Notes: generated from the letters alone by a model not told the origin. A DNA stretch of 61,731 nt, filler included, from Globobulimina sp. (GCA_003354225.1; 26 parts of 26 records of this genome joined end to end with filler, not necessarily neighbours in it); one strand, 5' to 3'. Shown: positions 11,439 through 25,577, counted from the first letter of the whole stretch. Program-made: numbers and translations.

Positions 11439-11800
11439 TAAGGCTGTTCAAAAAGATACGTGATGCGCATCACCGTCTCATAATTGGGATGATCGCGATA
11501 CGTTTTTCCAATTGACACTTTTTGAGTCGTAAGTTTCATTTTTTATCTTTTGAGATCCGTTTTGATACGGAAATATTGGATTGATGCGAATCACATGATA
11601 CGCTTCATAAAGTGTCATTTTTATATCAATTATGATGCGTATCATGTGATTCGCATCACTGAAAAAAAAGTATCTTTTCGGATTTTTGCATAAAAAAAAC
11701 GGATCATAAAATGGATCATGACTTTTAAAACGAATCAAAAATGTATCATTTTCCTAGCATCAATTATGTATCAAAAACGTATCTGATGCGCATCAAAAAG
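11439..11800. repeat. Probable non-autonomous DNA transposon end with palindromic subterminal motifs
   Basis: Begins TAAGGCTG. TGATGCG(C/A/T)ATCA-like palindromes at ~11461, 11582, 11633, 11648 and 11784. Runs off the contig end. Confidence 0.5.
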
Positions 11801-11900
11801 NNNNNNNNNNNNNNNNNNNNNNNNNNNNNNNNNNNNNNNNNNNNTTAATTAATTAANNNNNNNNNNNNNNNNNNNNNNNNNNNNNNNNNNNNNNNNNNNN

Positions 11901-12912
11901 GCATCATACAGGTTTGACAGAGAACTTTGAAAACATGTTCCAAGTCAAAGTCAAAGCAAAATCAAACTCAAATGTAAATTCGCTCCATTCAGTACCCTCA
12001 GATTCCCCACAGGTCTCCAGCTATGATGTGAGTAATATAGATTATGCAGTCGCTGCTGATGCGAATGCCAGCAATGCAAACCTGCCAACTACGCATATTG
12101 GTGCGCCCATCAATACGCACATTAAAACGGCTTCGTCATTCGACCCAAACCTATTTGGGAATGGCTTGATTGGCGGTCGAGGTCACACGCACAGCCACAC
12201 CAATTTCCGTGGGCGGGAATCTGCGTTGAGAGATTCGTTGCATTTCAATAAATTTTCGCGTCAACCGTCCATCAGACCGGGTGCGTTAATACCACATTTT
12301 GAAAAGAAAATATATTTAGATTTGCATTTATTTGATGACTCTTTCATTCAACGGAGAGAATCGCAGTTGGATAAAGAATTAGATTTTGATTTTGCGCCGA
12401 CCCAATCCATGGGCAGTGTCACTAAAAGGTCTAAGAAAAAATATCGACGGACTGGCTCGGGCTTAACCAAAAAAGTGGCGAGGAATTTATTGAAAAAATC
12501 AAAATCCATATCGTATAATGAAGCGCATGAACATGACGATTCGGATGGGTTTAATTCCGATTCTGAAGCGAAAAATGATCCCTTTGGGGTATGTACACCA
12601 AGATCGACCACCGGGACTACGGCATATAACGAGAGCAGCGGGATTGAGGGGGCGGAGGGAACCTTTTTAGGCTCTGCGCATATTTCGATCAATATTGACG
12701 ATCCCGATGCATTGGCTCAATATCATACAAAAACTAAAGAAAAAGAAGTTAAAATTGGCAAAAAATCATTAAATTCCGCAAAAGAATCAAAATTGAAATT
12801 TAGAGTTTATTGTAATGCATTGTCTGCGTATTTGAAACATGGCAAAAATTATGGTGATAGACTAAGGGAACTAGAAATTGTGGAGAATGCGGAAAGGGAA
12901 AAAATTGCATGA
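11901..12912 (+). CDS. Hypothetical low-complexity protein, 5'-partial
   Basis: Single open frame of more than 330 codons; no recognisable domain. Confidence 0.6.
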
Positions 12913-13111
12913 TATATATACAGTATTTGTTTTTTGATTGATTTTTTATTCCGTTCTTTGTCGTGTATTATTTTTGTATGATCTTTCTTTGATATTATAT
13001 CGTGTCTTTTTTTTTTGTTTAACTTCACCGCAATTTGCATTAATATTTTTCAAAAAATTGTATTGGTGTTGTTTTTGTAGCACACGTTTTTATAAAGTTT
13101 TTTCAAGTGAC

Positions 13112-14134
13112 TCAATCAATATCTTTTTTAACCCACGGTTCTTTATCATCAACATAGGAATAATATGCTCTGCCCTGAGTTGATGATAATATACATTTTA
13201 AAAAGTATTGTTTTTTGGCACCAGGTGGTCTTAAATCATCTCTGATTTGTTTCAAAAACGATAATATGTTTTCTTTTATTTTATGTTCCCCAAATGATGC
13301 TTTACCAATTGGTCCTTGTATGATTCCTTTGCCTTTCCCCGCATCAATCATTCTTATCGATACTTGTCCTTTTTTAGCATTATGTATGGCATTGATTGGA
13401 TCATTTGTTAACGTCCCCAATTTTGCATTGGGCATTAAACCTCTTGGTCCTAACTGGCGGCCATAGGCCACCATCTTACGCAACTGATCAGGCGTTGCTA
13501 TTATTACATCAAATGGATATTGTTTGTGTTCATTTAATATGGAACCATCACCAATGGACAATAATAAATCGTCGCTACCAATCAGATCTGCGCCTGCCGC
13601 CAATGCTTCTTTTTCCATTTCTTTATCTGTTAAGAATACACATATTTTTGTGTCTTTTCCAATGCCGTTTGGTAATATTATATTTCCCCGAATATATTCT
13701 TTTCCTTTGCGCGGATCCAAATTCATTTGACATTCAATAGAGATGGTTTCATCATAATTTATTCGCGATAATCGAATCACTCTTTTCATGCATTCGTCCA
13801 ATGATAAGCTATGTTTCTGATCCACTTCGATCAAATTATCCAATAAGTTGACATTTTTATCTTTCAAACGTGCTAAATGTGCCTCCCATTTCTCTTTATA
13901 TTCCTTTTCTCTTCGACGCCGTTTCGGAATCATTGCGAAATCAAAACATTGATGGTACAGTAGCTTATTATTATTGCTACTCTTTGAATTCCCTAAATAA
14001 GTCAAGTTATAATGTATTGAATGTTTCTGAGTGATTCTGATATTTTGATTACAAAAACTATTGTTTATCACCGATGATTTCGATGTTATTGATTTTATTT
14101 GATGGCATCCTATCTTCATTGTTATTTCATGCAA
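13112..14134 (-). CDS. MRPL1: Mitochondrial ribosomal protein uL1, start probably upstream or uncertain
   Basis: YDETISIECQMNLDPRK, IRGNIILPNGIGK, AGADLIG, LGPRGLMPNAKLGT and ILSSTQG motifs, plus a long N-terminal extension. Confidence 0.9.
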   Translation of the reverse strand: MHEITMKIGCHQIKSITSKSSVINNSFCNQNIRITQKHSIHYNLTYLGNSKSSNNNKLLYHQCFDFAMIPKRRRREKEYKEKWEAHLARLKDKNVNLLDNLIEVDQKHSLSLDECMKRVIRLSRINYDETISIECQMNLDPRKGKEYIRGNIILPNGIGKDTKICVFLTDKEMEKEALAAGADLIGSDDLLLSIGDGSILNEHKQYPFDVIIATPDQLRKMVAYGRQLGPRGLMPNAKLGTLTNDPINAIHNAKKGQVSIRMIDAGKGKGIIQGPIGKASFGEHKIKENILSFLKQIRDDLRPPGAKKQYFLKCILSSTQGRAYYSYVDDKEPWVKKDID

Positions 14135-14611
14135 GAATTAGTATATAAATCTTATCTGTATCGGAATTTCTTGAAAATTNNNNNNNNNNNNNNNNNNNNN
14201 NNNNNNNNNNNNNNNNNNNNNNNTTAATTAATTAANNNNNNNNNNNNNNNNNNNNNNNNNNNNNNNNNNNNNNNNNNNNGAAGCAATTGTTGTTGCTTTC
14301 GAAATAAAAAGATTTGAGTTGTGACACACTCAAAAGACTTTAAAATATTTAAATTAAGAAAAGTTAGGAGTAGTGATATAAGTTCACATTAAATATCGCC
14401 TCTTTTGCAATAGCAAACTTATAAAATAAAATAAGTCTATATGCAGTAAGGGACTCTCTGGCGGCAATACTTAAGGTAGTAACGCTAAAATGGAGAGTAA
14501 TTTTTCTCAGCCAATTGAGTTTTTGTGAAGAAGGCACCATAAATATACCAATAAATCAAACTTAAATATCAAACAAATTAAAATAAAAATAAAATTGAAG
14601 ATACAGAAAAA

Positions 14612-16245
14612 TTGGCATTTGCAGCGTTTAGACAGGCATATGGCACTGCAAAATATAAAAAATCCAAATTAATGTTGAATAGTCAGATTTGGTATATAGA
14701 AATATTGCCATTTATTGAGAAGCATAGTGATGAGAAGCTGTGCATTCTGGCAAAAGCAATGTATCACCAATTGAAGTTTGGATGGCAGATTGGTATAACA
14801 AATAAAAATAATCAGAAATTGAACCAAGAAACGTATGCAGATGATGCTGGTGGAAGAGTGGCAAAATTGGCAATCGCCAAAGATTTAACAAATGACCTAT
14901 GTAGAGGTAAAATCATTGGTTGGATGGCGGAGCCAAATGGATTTGTACCGCTATTTGTAAGACCCAAAGAGATTGATCCTATAACAGGTGAGATATTGCA
15001 ATGGCGTGTAATTAGAGATGGAACCTATGGATCAGAGGAATTTCCATCGTTAAATATGTTAACTGGCGATGATAAGGCAAATATACGCTTATTCCATGCA
15101 CAAAATTTGATTGAATACTGCTATATATTCTATTTATTGTGGGGGAGAGGCTTTTATTTAGCTAAAACAGACTTAGCTATGGCTTTTAGACAGTTGCCTT
15201 TGGCAGTGACTGAACCCAAAAACTGTGCGTATAGATTTGATGGGAAAGTAATGGTCGATTTATATGACTTTTGGGGAACCAGATCAGGTTCAAAACACAC
15301 ACAAGATGTTGGCCAATTGGTGTGTAGATATTTTAATGTTAATGTTAATGGTATACAATTAATAAAAGATATTGATATGATTTCGAATAAAAATAATGTT
15401 GTTTATTTTTATAAACGTTTTATTAATGAATTAAATAATAAAAATATCATTGATTTTGACTACATTTATGATAATAAATTAGTATATAAATGGAATAGAG
15501 CAATGGTGGAGAGATGGTGTAATGAGAATGGATTGATTGGTGTAAAAAATATCATATTAAAACATTGTGATAATGGATGCAAATTAATTGCGGCGAATAC
15601 AGATATTTTATCCTTGAAATTGTCATTTAATGAATTCAAAACATTAAAACAAGAGCAATTTTTCTTGAAATTAGCTATTTTAAAATTAGATTCGAAGCAA
15701 TTATTGAGATTAATATTGAATAATTATATTGATGATTATATATTGTTTTTGCCTCCAATTTTATGCATTGCAGAGGAGATATTTGATAATTTTTGTCAAT
15801 ATTTACATATTTTGGGATTGGATGAATTGCCCAAAAAGAGAGAAGGTCCTTTGACAGTGTTGGAAATAATAGGTTTCATCATTGATTCTTATAATATGAC
15901 CATTGCAATATCGCAGGATAAATTGCATAAAATTAAGCAATTATTATATGGCGCGTTATTGCACGAAGCGATTTTGTTGGAAGAATATGAGTCACTGATT
16001 GGTAAATTGCAGGATGTGGCTAACCTGAAATGGCCAGGAAAGGCTTTTTTGAGGCGTTTGAGAGAGCGCTTGTATGAATGTATTGCATTCTATGGAAGGA
16101 AAAACGTCGTTATTCAGTTATTGCAATGGGAAATGAAGGATCTTTGGTGGTGGAGCAAGTATATTGATGTAGTTGCAGTGGCGTCGATCATTGATTTGGC
16201 GGACACTGTGATGCCAACAGATATCATGCACTTTGATGGTGCTAA
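14612..16245 (+). mobile_element. DIRS/Ngaro-type (tyrosine-recombinase retrotransposon) reverse transcriptase, truncated at the start of RNase H
   Basis: PLFVRPK, WRVIRD, SLN, KTDLAMAFRQLPL, FWGTRS, YIDD (15725-15736), LEIIGFIIDS, SLIGKL...PGKAFLRRL, DLWWW and HFDGA motifs. Confidence 0.85.
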
Positions 16246-16420
16246 AAGTGCTTATGGCCTTATCGTGGCAGGAGCTCAGGTAGGTATCGTATCATTACTA
16301 CTATATTTATAATGATTATAATTTTATTTAGTAGTGGTGGTGGTTACACCTCTCATGTTGGTTATACATATGTGGTGTGCCATGAGTGTGTTATCTGTGC
16401 CCTTGTTTTGAAATAATATA

Positions 16421-16455
16421 TCCAATCCAATCCAATCCAATCCAATCCAATCCAA
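16421..16455. repeat. (TCCAA)7 microsatellite
   Basis: Direct reading of the sequence. Confidence 0.95.
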
Positions 16456-16879
16456 CAATCTTAACCTTGCACCGCCGCCTATTTCTATTTGATGGGTCTA
16501 AGGTGGGGTCAATTCTTGTTCCAACCCTAGCTGCAAAGTACGCTTCTACCTTTGGAGTNNNNNNNNNNNNNNNNNNNNNNNNNNNNNNNNNNNNNNNNNN
16601 NNTTAATTAATTAANNNNNNNNNNNNNNNNNNNNNNNNNNNNNNNNNNNNNNNNNNNNACGAAGGCAAACCTATATTATTTTTACCTTTATCAGTCACCA
16701 GAAACGGTTTGCTTATACCTTACCCCAAATAAAAATCTGACGCTGAAGACAGGATGCTCTTTGGCAACGTTAAATACTTTAGAACATGAATCATTTGAAA
16801 CAGGAATAGTTAAAACTTAAAGACTATCAGGTATCAAATTAAAAATACAAAGCATAAATTGTCAACTTTTGCATGGTCA

Positions 16880-18173
<1,294 letters not shown>

Positions 18174-18219
18174 CTATAACTTTGATGTAAAACAGCTTAA
18201 ATAATTGGCAAGTTTAACA

Positions 18220-18937
18220 ATGTCGTCGAGGACAGCAAAATCCAAAAAGAAAAAAAAGTCAAAACGCAAATTAAACCGACAACAAAATCCGGAAACAAAC
18301 CCAGAAAACGAAGCACTAAACGAAGCCAAACGCATAGCCAAAGCAGAAGAACTAGCTCGCAAACTAGAGGCAGAAGAGAAAGAGAAGCAACGTATATTAG
18401 AAGCAGAGCGCGACAACGAACAAGCACACAAAGACATAATCAATGACTATATTGCAAAGTTTGTAGATGGCAAACTATTGCGAGATATAGAGACCATGGA
18501 CGATGTCGATGCATTGGAACACACTGAAAAGGCCAAACCCAGACACCAACTCACCTCATTTCTCGAAGTATTGCTCGATTGTGAGCCAAACAAACGCAAT
18601 CTACACCAAATTCTAACTGACCAATTCTTAGAGAGCCCCATCGAGTTTGAAGCATTGACCACCAGCGATGCCATTGATTTTAGCTCTGCGGATTACGGCA
18701 CATTGGATTACTCGCAGTGGGAATTGGACGATAATGAAGTTAAGCGACTGCTGACTGAATGGAGACGCAACGTATTGGACCCAGTCATGTCTACCTATCA
18801 AGATCAAATGTTGCCGTGGTGTCCAAATGTGCCCATTGCCTTGGAAATATACGACTCATTTGGTGAGGAGGAGGAGGAGGATGAGGGTCAGCCTGAGCAA
18901 CTGGAACAAGATGCAGATATCGATGAGGAAACACTCG
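18220..18937 (+). CDS. Hypothetical protein, 3'-partial
   Basis: Open frame from MSSRTAKS to the contig end with a basic N-terminus and coiled coil. Confidence 0.65.
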
Positions 18938-19037
18938 NNNNNNNNNNNNNNNNNNNNNNNNNNNNNNNNNNNNNNNNNNNNTTAATTAATTAANNNNNNN
19001 NNNNNNNNNNNNNNNNNNNNNNNNNNNNNNNNNNNNN

Positions 19038-21165
19038 TAAATCGTAAATCAATTTTCAGTGCGAAATATATTGCAAATTCATATACAAACACACCTCAAA
19101 CCAATAGCTCCTTTGGACGAATGCAACTGGATATCACTGCCGCAGCCACCATGGAATATCTTATCCGGCGGAGCTTCCCCATTAAACACAAAATTGCGCA
19201 TCGAATCCGATACATACAGTGAATTCATAAAATACCAGGAATCCATTACATGGCTGATGGCAAAGGTAATATCCGTATACGCGTCCCCATAATACACGGA
19301 CTGCGAAGGAATCAGCGTCTCACTCGTCACGGCATTCCAATCAATGGCATCGAAAAATATCAACCGAGTGGCGCCAAAATCCGCGGTGTATTTCACCTTT
19401 TCAACGACCTGAACGCCGAATAATATCTATGCATAAATCAGATATTATTTAAACTCAAATATAATTCAAACCTGGTTATAAATGCCGTAAATCTCCACAT
19501 TGCTAATCGTAACATCCGCAGTGTCGCCATGCCGGGCTCCAATGCCAACCACTTGCGCCCCGTCGCCACCAACCAGCAATCCGTACGAAGAGCCGCCATC
19601 CATCCAACCCGTTGGATTTAAGAACAACTTTTTCGCCGCAATCCACGCGGCTTCATCCTCAAATACCTCTTGTTGCTTATTGGCATGATTATAAATCATA
19701 TCCATTTGCTGGATCAATGTATAAATAATGTCCGACACTGTCCTCGCTTCGTGATTATAAAAAGTCACTTGTCGACCGCCATAGCCATCGTCTATTAACT
19801 GCTTCAACCGAGGCAACAATGCACGTGAATGAGTATAGCGTCCTAACAGCGGTATGTTATTATTTTGCGGTCCAATCAGACAGTCAGAAATCAATAAATT
19901 AGTACACGAATTGCATTGAATCCCAGCGACGTCAAAACCAAACACATTCACATTGGAAATCGTGACGAAGTTGTTGTTATTGCCATGTATGCCATGATGC
20001 GAAGTCAAGCCTAAATTGCCATTTTTAATCACCACATATTGCGCATACACATCATTGCCCGCGCCCCAATTTGCCGGTCCTTGGCCAGGCACAAAAGGCT
20101 GCGAAGCCATCTCAATCAAACTAAAAAAGCGTTGTTGGAAATAAAACAACTCATTCTGTGCCAAGGTATAACCATTCAACTCGATGGTGACATAGTTAGT
20201 TTCAATGGTGATTCCGGCAAAAAAGCCCAACGTAAACGCGCCAGAATAACTATACAAGCCAGGATAAGCCCCATCGCGCTCCGATTGTGCGCGGGTGGGA
20301 TACCAATATAACTCATCCAAATCGATATTATTTGGCGAGAAATTATCATCATTCATGGCCTCAATACTGGGCGCATTGAAATTAAATGTAACATCTTCCT
20401 GTAATATATACGTACCACTCTCAATGATACGTAATGTGCCATACTCGAAATCCGCATTGGATAAATACACAGTATTCGTATCCCGTTGGTCGATGAAGTT
20501 GTGCTGATCCTCGTAATCAGAGTCAAATTGGATGTTATCGGCAACGGCAAAACCGAGCTTTTTAAAATCATTCACTTTGGCGGTGACTAAGGGCAGTTGC
20601 GCGATGGGGATGGCATAGGATATGCGGTCTGACTGTGCCTGAAAACATGTACAAGCGTCACGCACATTGGATATGACCGGATGGAAAGTTAAGCCATGCG
20701 CTACACAGCTGACATGGTCATGGTTTATGCTGTGGTCTGCAGAGAGCTGCAACGCAGTGCATTTGGTCCAAAGTTGTGTGGGGTCGTCGTCGGGAAATAC
20801 GCCGACATCACATTGCGAGCAAGATTCGGTGTGGTATATGGCCGATGTATTCGCCTCAATGCAGCCGGTGGTGATTGCGGCGCTGAAACAGAAGGTATGC
20901 GAGTCTGCATAGTATACGGTATTGTCTCCGTATTGTGTGCCGGCTTCACATTGTATACAGTTTGGGGCAATGTTGAATTTCGTAGTTTCGTCGGCGAAAA
21001 GTAACCATTCTCGATATGTGGAGAGGTCGTCTAACGAGGAGATGGTGTAATATCTATTGAATCGGCCGTAGTCGTACGAAGATAAGAGATTGGGAATGGT
21101 TTTCATGCTTAAGTCTAACGAGCCGTCGAGCATTGCATAGCCGTTACTGCAGATTACCGCAAATG
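19038..21165 (-). CDS. Secreted-type right-handed beta-helix protein, partial; intron 19409-19471 (alternative acceptor 19427)
   Basis: GTYILQEDV, GITIETNYVTIELNGYTL, VVIKNG...HGIHG...VTISNVNV repeats and a Cys-rich N-region. The 5' end is broken by a chimeric junction. Confidence 0.7.
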
Positions 21166-21194
21166 CCTGCGAGACTCGATTATAATTAATTAAA

Positions 21195-21316
21195 ATGGAA
21201 GCAGACTAGGAAATGGACGCCGGTAACGAGCATATCGACGACTGCCTTATACTCGTGCAGTAGATGTTCTCCGAGGGAATCATCACCGAAGAGCAGCGAG
21301 AGACGCTCAAGGGTAA
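21195..21316 (+). CDS. Gene start readable only with TAG=Gln (ciliate-type code), foreign fragment
   Basis: MEAD*EMDAGNEHIDDCLILVQ*MFSEGIITEEQRETLK with in-frame TAG at 21207 and 21261, GC-rich third positions, an AT-only leader and a terminal GTAA donor. Confidence 0.6.
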
Positions 21317-21583
21317 NNNNNNNNNNNNNNNNNNNNNNNNNNNNNNNNNNNNNNNNNNNNTTAATTAATTAANNNNNNNNNNNNNNNNNNNNNNNNNNNN
21401 NNNNNNNNNNNNNNNNAAAGGTGTTAGATAACCACATATATTTCTTTTACGTTTCCAACAAACGTGAATCGAGTCGAGATAAGGGTATCATCGTTAAGCT
21501 AGTTTTAATCGAATGGTATAAGTCAGATTCCAGACTCACGAATGAAAGCAAGTTTAATTTCAAGGATAGCAATGTTTTTTTTG

Positions 21584-22608
21584 TTAAATTTTTGGTTTTG
21601 TCAACTTGGTTGATTTCTTTATTCTTTTTGCATAAACAGATGCAAGTATTGCGAGTACAAATAATATGAAACCGAACTGATGTTTCAAAATAAATGGCTT
21701 TGGAAATAAATAATACGATGTAATAATAGTCAACACCTTCCTCGCAGTCGTAACCTCGGACGCAATCACCGCACCAAACCTTTTTGTCAATGCTAAATAA
21801 GCAACGGCGCCCACATAAATAGACAATGACCGAATTAAAAACAACATCCATATCTCCGGATTAACCTTCACAAATTCTATCACAACGTACATTTCCTTGG
21901 TCAAAACACAAGCCATCGCAGATAACAATGCTGCGATCCCATTCGAATAAATCATTAATTCATTTATACCACATTTAAATTTCCGTAATGCATGATCTTG
22001 AAAGTTAGATCATGAATGCTATCAAAAACTAATGAAGTTACCACCAACATAACGCCAACAAAAGTAAATCTTGTCGTTGTTTCGTGGTCGCCCAAACTGA
22101 ATAATATCGCAGCAAAAACCATTGCAAAATGGCCGAGTATTTCTAAGAAAGTATACTTAAAACCAAAACACATATAACTACCAAATAAAACAAACACCAA
22201 CTTCATCGATTTGAATATAACTTGAGTCGGATAATTCAAATAAATTAAACTGAATAATGTCAATGAACGCGCAAAGGTCATCGCAAAACCAATTATTATA
22301 TGGATGTAAATGGGCGAACGCGGAGCAAATGTCGCTTTGATCAAAGTGAGCAATGAATTGTAATGCTTTTTCTTTGCGAATAAAGACTGTAGATTGCATA
22401 ATGAGGTTACTATCATAAAAAATGATAATTCAAAGGTTGCCAAAAACCAAGCACATTCAAACTTATTTTTAGCAAATATCAATTCTTCGTAATATCCACA
22501 TAACCAAAACCCAAAAAAGCAAATTGATGCTAACATTACAAATTGAATTTCTATCGGTAATAGTGAGATATTTATGGTTGGTTTGCCATTTGATGCGTTA
22601 CCGTTCAT
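21584..22608 (-). pseudogene. UAA-family nucleotide-sugar/PAPS transporter (SLC35B3-like), frameshifted
   Basis: YLNYPTQVIFKSMKL and VTTARKVLTIITSYYLFPKPF motifs. Removing 2 nt at 22010-22011 restores DSIHSNFQD...ELMIYSNG. Confidence 0.8.
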
Positions 22609-23795
22609 TACGTTGTCTGATATCGATATTTTAATACTTTGTAGTGATGATTGAGACAGGTTAGACAGTGACCTATTTTCTAGGTCAGTACGGATTGCAT
22701 AGTGCAGTGGTTGCCATAATTAGTATTGTTTTGCAGTGACTTGTTTTTAATCTTTTAATTAAACTGACTTGTTTTGCAGTGACTTGCAAATTCCAGTCTT
22801 TCCAGTTAATAAAGTCCATCGCTAATGATTTTGATGTTGAAATAGCAAAACATTGCATCAAATTCTAATGTGCAGAATAATCGGTGAAACATATGATAAA
22901 GAACTGCACAATGATTCATTCCAAATTAATGAAGCTTTAAAATGGATATCAAAAGGAAAAGAAATTATAATGGATGAAATATTTATAAATCGGAGATTAA
23001 TAATTTTATGGATTGGTTCGCAAGTAAATGAAATTGAAAAAACCATAAAAATATTAATTATGTTATCAAATAATAATAATAATGACATAATGACATACAA
23101 TGCAATTTATTATGTCACTCATTCAAAATTATAAAGCAAAAAAATGGTTGGAAATATGTGAAAAAATGAGTGACCTGAATCCCAATGGAATATTTAATTC
23201 AGGAACGCCTCATCACATTCAAACAACTGCTCAAAAACTGGATGAAGTTACTAATGATATTTTCCCATAAATAAAATTGTATTTTGCTTTTACATCAAAT
23301 ACAACATCAGATATCACAAATTATCAAAAACAAACACCATTTCCATTACCTTCTTCCAACGTCAACCATAACTAACTTGAGCGCCCCTTTTATCTCTAAA
23401 CAGCAAAAATGATAACAAGAGCTCCAAAGTTAATGGAATAACACAACACATCTTTCGTATTAGACTCTGATATAGACTTTTTGTGCTAGACTCTGATAAA
23501 CGAAAGTAACATCTCAAAAAAAAAATATAAAATTCGTTGCCTTTATTCCTATTTTTCCGAAACGTACAGTGCTTTGTCATGTGTACATATTTTCATTGGT
23601 GACACCAGTGAGCCGACAAAGCAAAAGCATGAAAAATTGAATAAGAATAAAATAAGTATAGCGATGATATTAAATAATAAAAAAACAGACTCAAANNNNN
23701 NNNNNNNNNNNNNNNNNNNNNNNNNNNNNNNNNNNNNNNTTAATTAATTAANNNNNNNNNNNNNNNNNNNNNNNNNNNNNNNNNNNNNNNNNNNN

Positions 23796-25577
23796 ATCCT
23801 CATTTTCTTCTTCCAAATCTTTGCCAAACCCACTATTTTTGGAATATACTTTATTTTTCAAAACATCCTGCAAATTAACACCAAAACTGGCTTGCACAAT
23901 TTCCGAGAATCTGCTATTTTCATTGGATAATAAGTGTTGAGGCGTGTCATATTCCAAAACATGTCCTTGATCCATAATTAATATCCTATCATAGTCTAAA
24001 ATCGTATCAATTCTATGAGCAATGGTTAAAATAGTATTTGTTTTAAATTCCTGTCTTATCGTAGTTTGTATCAATTGATCTGTTTGAGGATCGACCGCTG
24101 ACGTCGCCTTTTATTTTTTTTTAACAATTTTTTAAACAAAAAATCGATCACAAAAACTAAAATCAAGACACATACCTCGTCAAGCAACAATATTTTAGAT
24201 CTACGAACAATGGCTCGCGCCAAACAAATTAACTGTCGTTGTCCCACACTAAAATTCGATCCATTTTCCTCCACTTCAATGTCCAACGGATTCAAATCTT
24301 TATATGCCGGATCATTCAGATATTGTTTAATATTAATTTGAGAAATAGAGGCTTCTCGCTGTATTCCTGTATCATTGATTAATAAATGCTTTTTCTTCGA
24401 ATTCTCATCCGCAGCTTTCCCGTTTTTCTTTTTCTTTTTCTTTGACCGTTGCTTTTCTTCTTTATCCTTTTCGTCCCTCTCCTTTTTAACCGTAATTTCT
24501 ATAATCATTTTTCTCAACGCTTCATAAACATGACTGTGCTTCAACGCTTCTACCAAATCATTATCATTCCGCGTCTTGAAAGGATCCAAATTAAATCGAA
24601 TCGTGCCTGTAAATAAAATCGGATCCTGCGGTATCACCGAAATCCGCGAACGCAAATCCTCCAAACCAATGTCGGCGACATTTATCCCATCGATCAATAT
24701 CTCACATTTTCTCATTTTCTCATTCTCATTCACGTGCTTTTCAATCTCAACAATACGTAGCAACGTCACAAACAAAGAGGACTTCCCCGCGCCGGTCCGA
24801 CCAATCACGCCAATTTTCTCTCCGCCGCGGATATCAAAACTCAACCCTTTCAATACATATTCTAACTGCACGCGATATTTCATCCACACATTGTCAAAGC
24901 GAATGTTGCCGTGACTTGGCCATGTTTTTGGAGGCCGCGAATGTTCCACAATGGCTGCAGCTTCCTGCACGGTGTCCTCATTTGAATATTGATCGATTCG
25001 TTCCACGGAAACGATGTCTTGTTCCAACTGTGCCTTTTGTCGAACAAACCAGTTCAAGCCTTGCGTGATACCCATGATTGTGGACAATGCGACGCCGACA
25101 TAGCCCGCTTTTGGTTTGGTGATAGCACAGAACAACGCAGCAAATCCAATTAAACAATTTCCAATGAATTCCAATCGAATGGCCAGCCAACGATTGCCTG
25201 CCACCGAGGGGTAATAAGCCTGATGGTCTTTGTCGACCATGTTTTTGTTTTTGTCGCTGAATTCGTCACTTTTCCCAAAGGCTTTGATGACATCCACGCC
25301 ATTGATGCTTTCGGCAAAGTTGGAATAAATTGGCGAGTTCATTAATGTGGACAGTCGCCGCAATTCGCGCGATGCGGCAATGAAATATTTCTGCAAATAG
25401 TAATATAAGACACTTAATGGTAATATACTTAAAGCAAACCACGGCGTAACCAAACAAACAGCGATCGCAGTGAAGACCAATGAGGCAGTGATTCGTAATG
25501 CGGATTGATACGAACTAGGAATGGCTGTATCCACTGCGTAGATATCACGGCTAAATCTGTTAATAATTCTGCCTGTT
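23796..25577 (-). CDS. ABCC/MRP transporter, TMD2-NBD2 half; intron 24108-24175
   Basis: [19 protein letters not shown], Walker [10 protein letters not shown], signature [20 protein letters not shown] across the intron, and IAHRI. Confidence 0.95.

Noticed and set aside
14612-16312. Retron, DGR or group II intron reverse transcriptase
   Set aside because: The motifs and RT-RNase H connection are DIRS-like, and no msr/msd, template repeat or intron RNA structure is visible.
16421-16455. Telomeric repeat
   Set aside because: It is a short internal pentamer tract, and other pentamer microsatellites (CAGAT, TAGAA, AAATT) are common in this DNA.
22853-23270. Intact gene downstream of the SLC35B-like locus
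   Set aside because: It has no ATG and is broken by stops and frameshifts; at best an unidentifiable relic.
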